Assembly: GCF_963921235.1 (NCBI RefSeq)
Contig: NC_086097.1
Coordinates: 22,074,001 to 22,138,000 of the forward strand
Direction: 5' to 3'
DNA from: Mobula hypostoma
Lineage: Eukaryota
Length of the DNA stretch: 64,000 bases
In this document: in pieces, positions 37,296 to 49,444 of the stretch
Layout of the letters: every line of letters begins with the position of its first letter
Numbering within the stretch: position 1 is the first letter of the stretch
The notes under the pieces: generated by a model
Told to the model about the DNA's origin: nothing
Database searches by the model: none
Seen by the model: only the letters and a program-made list of their open reading frames with translations
Made by a program: the position numbers and the translations under genes

Positions 37296-37994
37296 TAAAT
37301 GTTGTACTTTGCGAATAAAATTCTAGCTTATTTATTGCATAATTACTTATAACCAAAACTTGGTATGGCTGAACATCTCCCAAGTTCCAACCCCACATCC
37401 CCATCTCCAATTTTTTATTTCTTCCCATGTTTACCCTTTTGGAAATAACCTCTTTTTGGGGACTGACCAAGTAAAATAGTTCAAAATGTTGAAGAGCCTT
37501 AGGAATTTAGGTGCAAAGAAGATACATCTACCTTCTGGCTTACCTAAACCAGTACTAATAAACTCAGTGGAAAGTTCATAAGAATTACTCACTGGCTTTT
37601 AAAAGGGAGCTAATAAGAGTTCTAGGCTTGCATGTACCAGAACTTGCTGGTATGATTAGGGGACCTTGAATGAGAAAAGATACTGAAGGTTTGACCAGGA
37701 AAAATGAAGGAAATGTATGATAGGTTCAGGCAACTGGAAATGAGTCCTTTGAGGAACATAGAGGATCTCAGATAAAATTGACGAAATGAGCAGAAGGAAG
37801 GTCATGTGATCTACAAATGCTGCCAAGGACCAGTTAAGCTGCTTGTATTCAGCAGGTACAGGAAACTTCTTGACTTGATAAACTCTCAATAACTTGATAA
37901 ATGATTTGCCCTGAGGCCATCTTCTGCCAGCCATTATGTCCCCAAGCTAGAAATGGTTCATCTTCTTTTTTTGGCAATCCCTTGGGATTGAGGG

Positions 37995-38510
37995 TAGGAT
38001 TGCCAACTTTCTCACTCCCAAATGAGGGACAAAAGTAACAGTCAAATACGGGACACTTGTGTTTACCCCAAGAAAGTCTACCATGACCATGAAGCCTTGC
38101 GCGGGCACCTGTGTGTGCATGCGTGACGTGCCGATTTTATTTCTACAAATCAGTTTTGGCGATTCTGTTTAGTGAAACTACACTGTACATACATTATTTC
38201 TACTTTATATAGGCTGTGTATTGATCATATCATTCCTGCTTTTACTATATGTTCGTGTTATTTTAGGTTTTATTTGTTATTTGGTATGATTTGGTAGGTT
38301 ATTTTTCAGGTCTGGGAATGCTCAAAAATTTTTCCCATATAAATAAATGGTAATTCTTCTTTGCTTTATGTCACTTAGGCATGAAAGGTTTCATAGGAAC
38401 GCTCTACCTTAGCGGGGGAAATATGGGACAAAGGTGGTCCCGTATGGGACAAACCAACTTAGCCCAATGTACGAGATGTCCCGGCTAATACGGGACAGTT
38501 GGCAAGCCTA
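37995..38510. mobile_element. hAT-superfamily non-autonomous DNA transposon (MITE, 516 bp)
   Basis: TIRs TAGGATTGCCAACT and AGTTGGCAAGCCTA (13/14 match); perfect 8-bp TSD ATTGAGGG (37987-37994 and 38511-38518); subterminal GGGACA repeats. Confidence 0.92.
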
Positions 38511-38564
38511 ATTGAGGGTGACCTGCTTTGACTAGGTTTTTTTGGTTCTGCCGAGGGGGCCCTA

Positions 38565-38820
38565 TTTGCATACTGGTTAGCGTGATGCTATTACAGCTCG
38601 GGGCGTCGGAGTTTGGAGTTTAATACCGGCATCATCTATAAGAAAGATTGTACATTCTTCCTGTGTGTGCATGGGTTTCCTCTGAGTGCTCTGGTTTCCT
38701 CCCACAGTCCAAAGACGTACCAATTGGTAGGTTATTTAGTCATTATAAATTGTCCTTTGATTAGGCTAGGGATAAATAAGTGGGTTGTTGGGTGGCACAG
38801 CTTGGTGGGCTGGAAGGGCC
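38565..38820 (+). mobile_element. tRNA-derived SINE whose tail expands into a minisatellite; its true 3' end is at about 40560-40580
   Basis: GGTTTCCTCTGAGTGCTCTGGTTTCCTCCCACAGTCCAAAGACGTAC core; the terminal TGTATCTCTAATAAAAATAAA lies beyond the CR1 insertion. Confidence 0.75.
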
Positions 38821-39016
38821 TGATTCACAATGAAAGGGCCTAATCTGGACTGGAAAGGCCTGATCCACTCTGGAAGCGCCTGATGCACAATGAAAGGGCC
38901 TGATCTGGTCTGGAAAGACCTGATCTACTCTGGGAGGGCCTGATCCACAATGAAAGGGCCTGATCTGTGCTGGAAGGGCCTGATCTACTCTGGGAGGGCC
39001 TGATCCATAATGAAAG
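38809..39016. repeat. 20-bp-unit minisatellite with a 60-bp higher-order period; resumes at 40459-40556
   Basis: Units such as CTGGAAGGGCCTGATCCACA; the ACAATGAAAGGGCC variant recurs every 60 bp. Confidence 0.9.
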
Positions 39017-39029
39017 TTCCACATGAAAG

Positions 39030-40460
39030 CTCATGTTGTTCCGTTGTTTAAAAAAAGCTCCAAAAGTAAACAAGGTAATTACAGGCCGGTGAGCCTGACA
39101 TCAGTAGTAGGTAAAGTATTGGAAAGTGTTCTGAGAGATTCGATATAGAAGTATTTGGACAGCCAAGGGCTGATTAAAGATATTCAGCATGGCTTTGTGC
39201 GTGGTAGATCGTGTTTAACGAAACTTGTGGAGATTTTTGAGGAGGTTACCAAGGAAGTAGATGAAGGAAACGCTGTGGATATTGTCTACATGGGCTTTAG
39301 CAAGGCCTTTGACAAGGTATCACATGGGAGGTTAGTTCAGAAGGTTCAGACACTCGGTATCCATGGAGAGGTTGTAAACTGGATTCAAAATTGGCTGTGT
39401 GGGAGAAGGCAGAGAGTGGTAGTGGATGATTGCTTCTCAGACTGGAGGCCTGTGACTAGTGGTGTGCCTCAAGGATCTGTGCTGGGACCATTGTTGTTTG
39501 TTGACTATATCAATGATCTAGATGATAACGTGGTAAATTGGATCAGCAAGTTTGCTGATGACACTAGGATTGGAGGCATTGTGGACAGCGAGGAAGGCTT
39601 TCAAAGCTTGCAGAGGGATCTGGACCAACTAGAAAAATGGGCCAGAAAATGGCAGATGGAATTTAATGCAGACAAGGGTGAGGTGTAGCATTTTGGAAGG
39701 ACAAATCAAGGTAGGACATACACAGTAAATGGTAGGGCACTGAGGAGTGCGGAGGTACAAAGAGATCTGGGAGTTCAGATACGTAATTCCCTGAAAGTGG
39801 TGTCACAGGTAGACATGGTTGTAAAGAAGGCTTTTGGCATCCTGGCATTCATAAATCAAAGTATTGAGTATAGGAGTTGGGATGTTATGGGGAGGTTGTA
39901 TAAGACATTGGTGAGGCCAAATTTGGAGTATGATGTACAGTTCTGGTCACCTAACTATAGGAAGGATATCAGTAAGATTGAAAGAGTGCAGAGAAGATTT
40001 ACTAGGATGTTGCTGGGTCTTCAGGAGTTGAGTTACAGGGAAAGATTGAACAGGTTAGGACTTTATTCCTTGAAGCGTGGAAGAATGAGGGGAGATTTGA
40101 TAGAGGTTTACAAAATTATGAGGAGTATAGATAGGGTAAATGTGAATAGGCTCTTTCCACTTAGATTATTTGAGATAAATACGAGAAGACATGGCTTTAG
40201 GGTGAAAGGGGAAAGGTTTAGGGGGAACTTCACTCAGAGAGCGGTGGGAGTGTGGAACAAGCTGCCATCTGATGTGGTAAATGCGGGCTCACTCTTAAGT
40301 TTTAAGAATAAATTGGATAGATACATGAATGGGAGAGGTCTGGAGGGTTATGGACTGGATGCAGGTCAATGGGACTAGTGGAATAATGTCTCAGCAGAGA
40401 CTAGAAGGGCCGAATGGCCTGTTTCTGTGCTGTAGTATTCTATGGTTCTATGGTTCTATG
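39030..40460 (+). mobile_element. Young 5'-truncated CR1 (RT domain and 3' end)
   Basis: ORFs 39155-39688 and 39797-40378 are in the same frame, separated by one TAG. GVPQGS and FADD motifs; (TTCTATGG)3 tail. Confidence 0.93.
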
Positions 40461-41074
40461 GAAAGGGCCTGTTCTTGGCTGGAAAGGCCTGATCCACTCT
40501 GGAAAGACCTGATCCAGGCTGAAAAGACCTAATCCACAATGAAAGGGCCTGATCTGCATTGTATCTCTAATAAAAATAAATATAGACTATTGACACCATC
40601 TTCCCCAGAAAGGGCAGGAGGGTGGGTAAGTTAAGAAGTGCTGTACTCTTCCAGCTGTCTGAGTGGGATTCCTGTGAAGTCCTGATGCATAAATTCATGG
40701 TTCCCAGTCCCATCCCAAATCCTCCTGCACTACCTTGTGCAGCACGGGCTAGGGATTCCTGGGATGTTGGATGAAGGTGTTAATTGGTCACATTGTAGAT
40801 TCGTTACTATCTGCTCTTTCTAATAGGCTCTTTGACCCTGAGGAACACATTCATATTGCTCCATCCTTCTGAGGTCAGAACTTTGACAGCATTAAACCTC
40901 TGAACATTTTGGGTCTCACATTTTCGTCATGATATTTATTTACTTTCCCCGGGAATCAGTATATAATAACATATGAGGTCCATGAAACGATGCAGAAGGA
41001 TCAAGCATGATCTCATTCTTCTCACCTTTGCCCACCATGCCATTGCCTGGAAATTCCTCTTGTAGTCTTATGGG

Positions 41075-41410
41075 AGCAGCACGCTAGCACAGCGGATAGC
41101 ATGATGCTACTTCAGCGCCAGCGTCCCCGGTTCAGTTCTGCCGCTGTCAGTAAGCAGTTTGCACGTTCCCTGTTTCCTTCCACATCCCAAAGAGGTACAG
41201 TTTAGTTGGTTAATTGGTCACGTGAGAACGAGAGGTCAAGGTTAAGGGTGAAAGGTGGAATATTTAAGGGGAGCATGAGAGGGAACTTCTTCCCTCAGAG
41301 AGTGGTGAGAGTGTGGAAAGAGCCCAGTAGGTAAATTGAGTGGAATCGGAAGGCATGGGCTCATTAGGCCTGGAGGGGCTGTTACAGATCTTTATCTAAA
41401 TAAAAATAAA
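41075..41410 (+). mobile_element. SINE with an internal CR1-derived segment
   Basis: tRNA-like head and CCACATCCCAAAG core, a CR1 ORF2-end segment at about 41224-41325, then the SINE tail TCTAAATAAAAATAAA. Confidence 0.65.
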
Positions 41411-41959
41411 TCATAACCTGTAAACAGCATGCTAACAATGTATCACTATCTGTGTGTTGTAGTCTGCTGCCAAACTTTGTTTTCATGTACTTCATAGAAG
41501 TGGATTTCAGCGACAGACTCCAACGTGCTAAATTCACAAACTCCTGCCGTTAACATTGCCAATCTGAGTATGAATTTTTAATGTCTCCTATTATAAATTT
41601 GACCCAGCTCCAGTCTCCATTGAAGAGTGTGGTACTTTAATTAATCACAGATTGACATAATGATGAAATTAGAATTAAGTGATGAGTCATCAGAAGCTGA
41701 GCCACACTTGCTTCACGTCTTCTACTCGTAGGTTAGTTCCAGGCCTACTGGTGTTTGCAGAACCTCTCTGTTAACACTGCTGTCCTCACACCTTTGTCCC
41801 AACAGACCCAGCCCCCAAACCAAACACTCGTTACTTTGTAAACCCTTGAAATTGAGCCAATCCCCCGTCTTTTATGATTGCTGGTCTACCATCCATTTGT
41901 TGGTCCCATTTCTCCTTCCCCCACGAGCCAACTTTAACTATCCCGAAGCAACCCTGGAA

Positions 41960-42475
41960 AGATTCGAAAACTTCTACTGATGTACGGTGGAGAGCATTCT
42001 GACAGGCTGCATCACTGTCTGGTATGGGGGAGCGGGGGGTGGGGTATACTTCACTGGATCAAAATAAGCTGCAGAAAGTTGTAAAATTTGTCAGCTCCAT
42101 CATGGGTACTAGCCTCTGTAGTACCCAGGACATCTTCAAGGAGTGGTGCCTCAGAAAGGCGGCTTTATTAAGGACCCCCACCACCCACAGCATGCCCCAT
42201 TCTCACTGTTACCATCAGGTGGGAGGTACAAGAGCCTGAAGGCACACACTCAGTGATCCAGGAACAGCGTCTTCCCCTTTACCATCCAATTTCTAAATGG
42301 ATATTGAACCCATGAACACTACCTCACTACTTCTGTTAAATTTAACTATTTAAAATACATATACATGCATATATATTCAGTTTTCTTTCTATGTTTATCA
42401 TGTAATACATTGTACTGCTGCTGCAAAGTTTACAAATTCCTCGATATATACAGGTGTTATTAAAACTAATTCTGA
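41960..42475 (+). mobile_element. Rex1/Babar-type 3' fragment
   Basis: NFY*CTVESILTGCITVWYG...LPSG-type sequence plus UTR. Confidence 0.78.
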
Positions 42476-43428
42476 AGACTCAGGAATGATCCTTAAAGAT
42501 TAAAGGTTAGCTTTATTTGTCACATTAATTCATTAATGTCTTCATTCATGAATGCTGTCGCATTGCACAACACTTAATGTAAAGTTGCCTGCTCCTTGGT
42601 TGGTTCTTCAACTCCATCTGACATGCAGCCATTTGCGGACCACCACAATGACACCATCTGATCGGTTTGCAGAGCATGGCACACAACTCATCGTTCTTCA
42701 AACTGTAGTTCATCAAAGTGGACGGCCTCAGGAGGAGGAGAGAAACTGTGCAAAGCCCAGGTGACGCAATAGCAACACTCTCACTTCCTGAAGGCACTGA
42801 GCACCATCCACTACGTCAGCAGAGGCTCTCAAAATAAGATGAGGCATAAGGAAGAAAGATAAGATAAGATTTAGATTAGATTTATTTGTCACAGGTACAT
42901 CGCAATATCAGACGTACACTGGAATGCTTTGCTGTGACAATGACCAACACAGTCCGAGGATGTGCAGGGGGCAACCTGCTTCTGGCACTGACTTAGCATG
43001 GCCACAACTTGCAAACCATAACCTGTACGTCTTTGGGATGTGGGAGGAAGCTGAAGCATCGGAAGGAAATCCGATTTCATCCTGAAACACCGACTGTTTA
43101 CTCTTATCCTAGATGCTGCCTGGCCTGCTGAGTTCCTCCAGCATTTTGTGTGTGTTGCTCAGACTTCCAGCTCCTGCAGATTTTCTCTTGTTTGTGGAAG
43201 GAAATCCATGCAAGGTAATGGGGAGAATATATAAAACTTCTCACAGGCTGTGACAGGAATTCAACCCAGGTTGCTGATCGCTGGCTTTGGAGGTCTTTCA
43301 AATGATCGGCAGAGTTGCAAGGTATGGGGATAGTCGCTGCAAGGAGAAGTGCTTGGATATTTTTTTTGGTGGGTCTCTGGAATTTTTTACTACTATTGGG
43401 GCTAAGTTATTAGTAGGATTTAAACTTA

Positions 43429-43817
43429 GGGTAGTAGGGTGGAGATATGTCTCCACCAAAGGAGATGTAAGGCTCCTTCCCTCTGCTGACCTGCAGGTCA
43501 CCCTTGGACAAGGTGTAGCACCTGATTAACCCGGGACGCTAGTGCTGTAATAGGGTCATGTGAAGCCATGGGAGCAGGTGGTAAAGGTTGTATGAGCAGC
43601 TGTGCATATCACAAATCCTAGTTATGTGACCATGGATGCCAGGAAAACCATCCCTGAAGAGCATTGATAATGGCTGGGGTCACTGGTCTTGCAAAGACAC
43701 TGACCAGAAGAAGGCAGTGGCAAGCCTCTTCTGTAAATTTGCCAAGAACAATCATGGTCATGTGACCATGATCATCCATGTCATATGGCATGGAACGTAA
43801 TTATGATGATGATGATG
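43429..43817 (+). mobile_element. RTE-type non-autonomous element with (GAT)n tail, copy 1
   Basis: End-to-end homologous to 50892-51312; (ATG)n tail. Confidence 0.7.
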
Positions 43818-44219
43818 TAAGCTGAAGGACAGATTATTAAGTTAAGGTCTGGAGGGAACTGGCACAGAGGAGGAGGTGAGGCCTATGGTAGATCAGCCAT
43901 GATCATGTTGAATGGTGGGGCAAGCTTGCGGGGCCGAGTAGTTGAATCCTGCTTCAACTTTCTTGTGCTATTGGATAGTCCTGAAACAACCTTGAAATGA
44001 CTGTGAGGTTAGTGGTTAATTATATCATTCAAAACTAAAAGAGATAGGTTTTAGTCAGACAAGGTTACTGAGGGAAAATGGAGTAACTGAGGGTAGGTGA
44101 TGCCATGATATAGCGGGATGATAAAACGGTTTGCTGGGCAGAATGGCTTTGTCCTGTTCCTGTCTAGCGACAGTTTAGCAGGAAACCTTGCAATATTGCA
44201 GAACCCAATCCTTAGGGCA

Positions 44220-44690
44220 GTGTGGGAATGTGGTGGTTAGTGTAACGCCGTTACACTGCCAGTTTCACTTCTGCTGCTGTCTGAAGGGAGAATGTACGTC
44301 CTCCCCATGAACACTTGGGGTTTCCTCTGAGTGCTCCGGTTCCCAGCCACCCCCAGATTCCAAAGATATATCGGTTGGCGGGTTCATCGGTCACATGATA
44401 CTAGAACTAGAGGTCATAGGTAAAGAATGAAAGCTGAAATACTTAAGGGAGGCCTGAGGGGGGAACTGCTTCACGTAGAGGGTGGTAGGAGTGTGGAACG
44501 AGCTGCCAAAGAATGTGATGGGTACAAGTTTGATTGCAACATTTAAGAGAAGTTTGGATAATTACATGGATGGGAGGGGTATGGACGGTTATGTCATAGT
44601 GCTCTATGGGCTGTGCAAACTCATTGGGCCAGAAAAGCCTGTTCTTGTGCTGAATCTCTAAATGAAATAAATTAATTAAAAATAAAATAG
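44220..44690 (+). mobile_element. SINE with an internal CR1-derived segment
   Basis: SINE head and core, a CR1 ORF2-end segment at about 44397-44595, then the SINE tail. Confidence 0.65.
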
Positions 44691-45019
44691 CAGAAGCAAG
44701 ATCATTTTTGCCTTGTTTTAGTGAGAATCGTTCATTATTTTACTTCTTAAGTTGGTTCTTCACACTTCAAACTTGCTATTGAAGTGAAGGTGTGTAGTTG
44801 AAGCAATTGGATAAACGTAGCAGCTTCAATGGGTTTTGCAAAGACAAGGGTACTTCATGTCAACGCAGCTAGTGGAGAGGCAGACTCACCCAGAAAATGA
44901 CAGACCATGTTCTATCGTTATTTCACGCTGCAAGCTTACAATACACGTTTCCCGGAACCTGATGTTGGTTGGGGTTCCAAGTTCAATGGCAGTAACATGG
45001 GCAAAATAATCCACAGGAT

Positions 45020-46515
45020 TCAAACTACATTTAATATCAAACTATGTATGCAGCCTACAACCCCGAGATTTGTCTTTTCCACAGACAATGGCGAAACAAA
45101 GGAAAAAAATCAACCCTGCCCCCACGCGCAAAAAACAAATCATGCAAATGGCAACAAGAACATTGACCCTCCTGCACAAAAAAAAACAACTCACGCAGCT
45201 GACAACAAGAAAGAGTGAGCGAAAACACAGAAAATAAAACACAAAATCAAAAGAGTCCATATTCAGTTCAGCTCAGTGTCCTATCTGTAGGTTGCCCAAT
45301 TCAAAGTTGCCCAAAATAGCAAAATTAGATTATGAAGACATGCAGTCCTCTTTTATTGTCATTTAGTATTGCATGCATTAAGAAATGATACAATATTTCC
45401 TCCGGTGTGATATCACAATACACAGGACAGACCAAGACTGAAAAAACTGACAAAACCACATAATTATAACATATAGTTACGACAGTGCAACAATACCATA
45501 ATTTGATGAAGAAGTCCATGAGCACAGTAAAAAGTTCAAAGTCTCTCAAATGTCCCACATCTCACGCAGACAGAAAAAGGAAGAAAAACTCTCCCTGCCA
45601 TGCCCGACCACAGTCCGACTCTGAGTCGTCCGAAAACTTCAGGCCTCCGATCAGCTCTCCGACACCGAGTACTGAGCACCATCTCTATCCGAACGATTCG
45701 ACCTCAATCTCGGTCGCCAACAGCAGGCAAAGCCGGGGATTTTGAGGCCTTCCCTCCGGAAGATTCTCGATCGCACAGTAACAACAGCAGCGAACGGGCG
45801 TTTCAGAAATTTCTCCAGATGTTCCTCTGTGCTTTCACGTCTGTCTCCATCAAATCAGAATTGTCCACGGCCCCTATTTAACGGATACGATATCATTTTC
45901 ACCGGAGGGCTACGTACGCATGGCGCGCTGCTATCTCTTCTCCCACCGAATAGCACAGATAAAGGGCGACCAGGAACTACAGTCCAATGCACAAAAGGCA
46001 GACCCAGATCTTCACTACCATCCTCCAACAGCACTGAGGGAGAGAGAGACCATTCGAACACAGGGGCCTTCTCTCAGGAGCAGTGAGTAAGAGGGGGAGA
46101 GAGAGACTGTCACACACAGACACTCTCCCCTGGCAACAGCGAGCGAGCGAGAGGCTGGTAGACGGCACCGAACCCTCCATCGCCTTCCAGGTGCGCCTCG
46201 ATGTTTCAGTCTTCCTCTATGTTTTAATCAGCGTGATTGGTGGAAATTAGAGTTGATCATGGGCTCGCACTCCTTCTCTAAGTTTTCTTGGCCTCAAGGC
46301 TGCTCACCTCCCAGAATCTTCTCGAGACAGCAAGTGTCAGGTGGCTCAATCTGCCAGCAAGTGCACCATCAAACTTAGGTTACAGGCTCCAACAGTACCA
46401 GAACCACTGTTAAAAGAAAATAAAAGATGTAAAATAAATGAAAAAAATTGTTCCATGGACTATCTGACAAATGTTGTCCGTGGTAGTGTTGTTCACCGGC
46501 GTCATCTTCTTACAA
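45020..46515 (-). mobile_element. Non-autonomous retroposon (AAGATGACGCC head), host of 45325-45945; second partial copy at about 53640-54150 (+)
   Basis: Reverse complement of 45020-45300 matches 53900-54145, which ends AATAAA...(TGAATCTT)n. Confidence 0.6.
45325..45945 (-). mobile_element. Young CpG-rich non-autonomous retroposon, copy 2
   Basis: Reverse complement of 9907-10527; flanked by AATAGCA (45315-45321 and 45949-45955). Confidence 0.8.
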
Positions 46516-48705
46516 TGTGTGTCTTGAAGGAATACTTCACTGTTCAGTTTCAGATTTATTTATCACGTGTGCGTTAAAACGTGCAGTGAAATGCGTCTTT
46601 TGCATTTACAGGCAACACACCTTAATGATGTGCTGGGGGCAGCCCACAAGCATTGGGTTTAATATCACCGACGTCTGGTGTGAAATTTGTTGTTGTAAGG
46701 CAGCAGTACATTGAAATACATGAAAATAAAAACTGTAAATCACAGTAAGTGTATTTGTGTATAAAATTCAATCAAAGCAATGAAACTACATGAAAGCAAG
46801 CCCTCTTCCTCCCCCCCACCCACCCACACACAGACAGTCCTCCAACTCCGGGACAAGCCCTAGGCTGCCGTCTGACTTGCACTTACCACAGACTTCCCCT
46901 GTGGATGCCAGACCCGTAGACCCAGGGCTTCATCTCTCTGGCTTCTACGTCTGGTCTTCTGATTGACCTTTGGGCTTCAATCATTGGAATCGACCCTAGG
47001 ACTAACTAATGCTCTGATCCCAGGGCTGATGACCTGGACCTTACGTGTCCTCATCCACAGTGCTTGCCAGCCTGACATCCATGGACATCTTTCATCGTAC
47101 TTCCACAACGCTAGACTTTGAACATGGAGCAGAGGACTAGGCACAAATAATTCTGTAGATGCTGAGGAACTCAGCAAGTCAAGTAGCATCTAGGGAGGGA
47201 AATGAACCCTTGGGTGTGTTGGTTATTAATGCATGGTCACTTAATGTTTCTATGTATATGTGATAAATAAATCTGAATCTGCCAGAACTCACTCTGATCC
47301 TAATGAACACCTTGAACGCACGAATGCAACAAGAACTGTTTCTATTAAACCGTCCAAAGAAACAAGCCTGGATTTATCATTAATATATAATGCACCAAAC
47401 AGAAGTGAAATTCAAGATTCAAGAGTACTTACCATGTGTATATCGAGACATACAGTCAAATGCGTCATTCGCATTAACAAGCAGCACATCAAAAGGAGTG
47501 CTGGGGCAGCCTGCCAAGGGCCGCCATACCTTCTGATGCCAACATTGCATGGTCTCAATGCCCAGCGAAACAACGCAGAACACAACAACAAAGGCAAAAA
47601 CAATCCCTTTTCCTCCCTTTGCTAATTTTCAATAACGGTTCTTAGAATGGAAGATCTACATTTAGCCCAATTTCAATGTGTAGAGAATGGTGATGGATTC
47701 GTGCACATTTTGTGAATATCCACTCAAACATCTTCAGGCCATATGTTTGGCTCTTATATCTGCGATGAATTATGTAGCCTCAGCCTGAACAGGATGCAAA
47801 TATTGTCTGCTTCCTTTATTGGCAAAGCCAAGATATTGGGCACGGACTCAGATCTATACACAACGTCAGATCTATTCACTGTATTTCTTGAAAAGGAAAT
47901 GAACGATGTGTTCCCAAGAACATCGTGTGACAATCATGAAACATCAAAACACTAATTTCCTCTCCGTGACAAGTAAAAGAACTATTCTGACTCTCTTAGC
48001 CTTCTTGCCTCATTGTGAGAGTCACTGCTGACATAGTGGATGGTGCTCAGTGACGTCCGAAAGTTCGTGTGCTGTTAATGCATCACCTTGGCACATTCAG
48101 TTTCTCCCCTCCTCCTGAGACTGTCCATTTCAATTTACTACTGTTTGAAGAATGATGAGTTTTTTGTAACAGCAGGCCAGGCAACATCTTTGGAAGGGAG
48201 TGAACAGTCGATATTTTGGGTGGGGGCCCTATATCAGGACTGGAAAGGAAGGGGGAAGAAACCAGAATGAGAAGGTGGGTGGAGTGGAAGGAGTGCAGGT
48301 GACAGGTGAGATCATAAACACAAGAGAATCAATATTTGATTTGACCAACACCAGTGGCCGAAAAACAAGGTCTGAAGAAGAAGAAATCCTTACCTGATCT
48401 CACCATCTTATTCTGGCTTCTGCCTCCTTCCTTTCCAATCTTGATGAAGAGTCCCAGCCCGATAACCATTGCACTAACTGCCACGCTTCTGTGCCACCTG
48501 TCTATGTACCTATTTGAACTTCTCTCAAATATAACAATTGAATCCCCCACTTCCACTGGCAGTTCATTCCACACTCACACTCTGAGCGAAGAAGTTCCCT
48601 GTCTGATTCCTTTTTCACCCTTAACCTATGACCCCTAGTTCTAGTTCCAGTCTCATCCAACCTGAGGAGAAAAGTCCTGCCAGCATTCATCCCAATTATA
48701 CCCCT

Positions 48706-49444
48706 TGTTACGCATCAGCAGCAATAGATATGAAATTGAGTTGGGTTTTTATAAATAAACAATGAAATTTATTACCCTCTACTCAAAAACATAGAAAAGT
48801 AAACAAACGACTAACAAGCAGAAGTTAAAAGTGTTATGCGTCTTTAGTTATCAAACAGTCGAACTTAAAGACAATTCTTAACAGATCTTACTCAAACACA
48901 GTCTTAAGATGGTAGTTCAAAGAGTCCAATTGATTTATGAAATAAATGAGAGGAGAGACTTCCCGAACCAACGATGAAGAAAAGATGAAACTGCCGAAGC
49001 AGATCCCAGCCAAGAAATGCCTTGTCCGAAGAGGTCACGAAGAATAAGATTTCTCACAGTAACTGACCTTTCACTGGAGGTGGTCATACCACAACACCCG
49101 AGACCATGCAGGGGTTAATCAAAAGTGTGTGCCATAATACCCATATGGACCGTACCAAATGTCAGTCACATTCAAGGCACACAGAACGCCGTTGTTTTCT
49201 TGGGTTCGTACGAAGCTGGCAAATTCTTCACTCTCGCTCTCTCTCTTTCCTCGATTATGTAACCACCAACTGTAACTCCCCAACGAAACAACAACTATGC
49301 AACAAACTGCAGTTTCCCCTTTTATACTGATTGGAACATGCCATCATGTGATATCACATCATCCCACTATCACGACCATTACATCTTACTAATATCACAA
49401 GACAATTACATCATGCTCACGAGATACTCACAGGACAGGTAACA
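48706..49444 (-). mobile_element. Solo LTR (739 bp)
   Basis: TGTTAC...GTAACA termini; 4-bp TSD CCCT (48702-48705 and 49445-49448). The flanks rejoin as CR1 sequence ATACCCCTCATAATTTT. TATAAA and a downstream AATAAA lie on the minus strand. Confidence 0.88.

Noticed and set aside
38809..39016. CRISPR-like array
   Set aside because: The units are contiguous with no unique spacers; the context is eukaryotic with no cas genes; the array derives from a SINE tail.
42630..42760. Possible plus-strand exon (open frame between AG and GT)
   Set aside because: Weak splice signals, an unrecognised peptide, and no partner exons.
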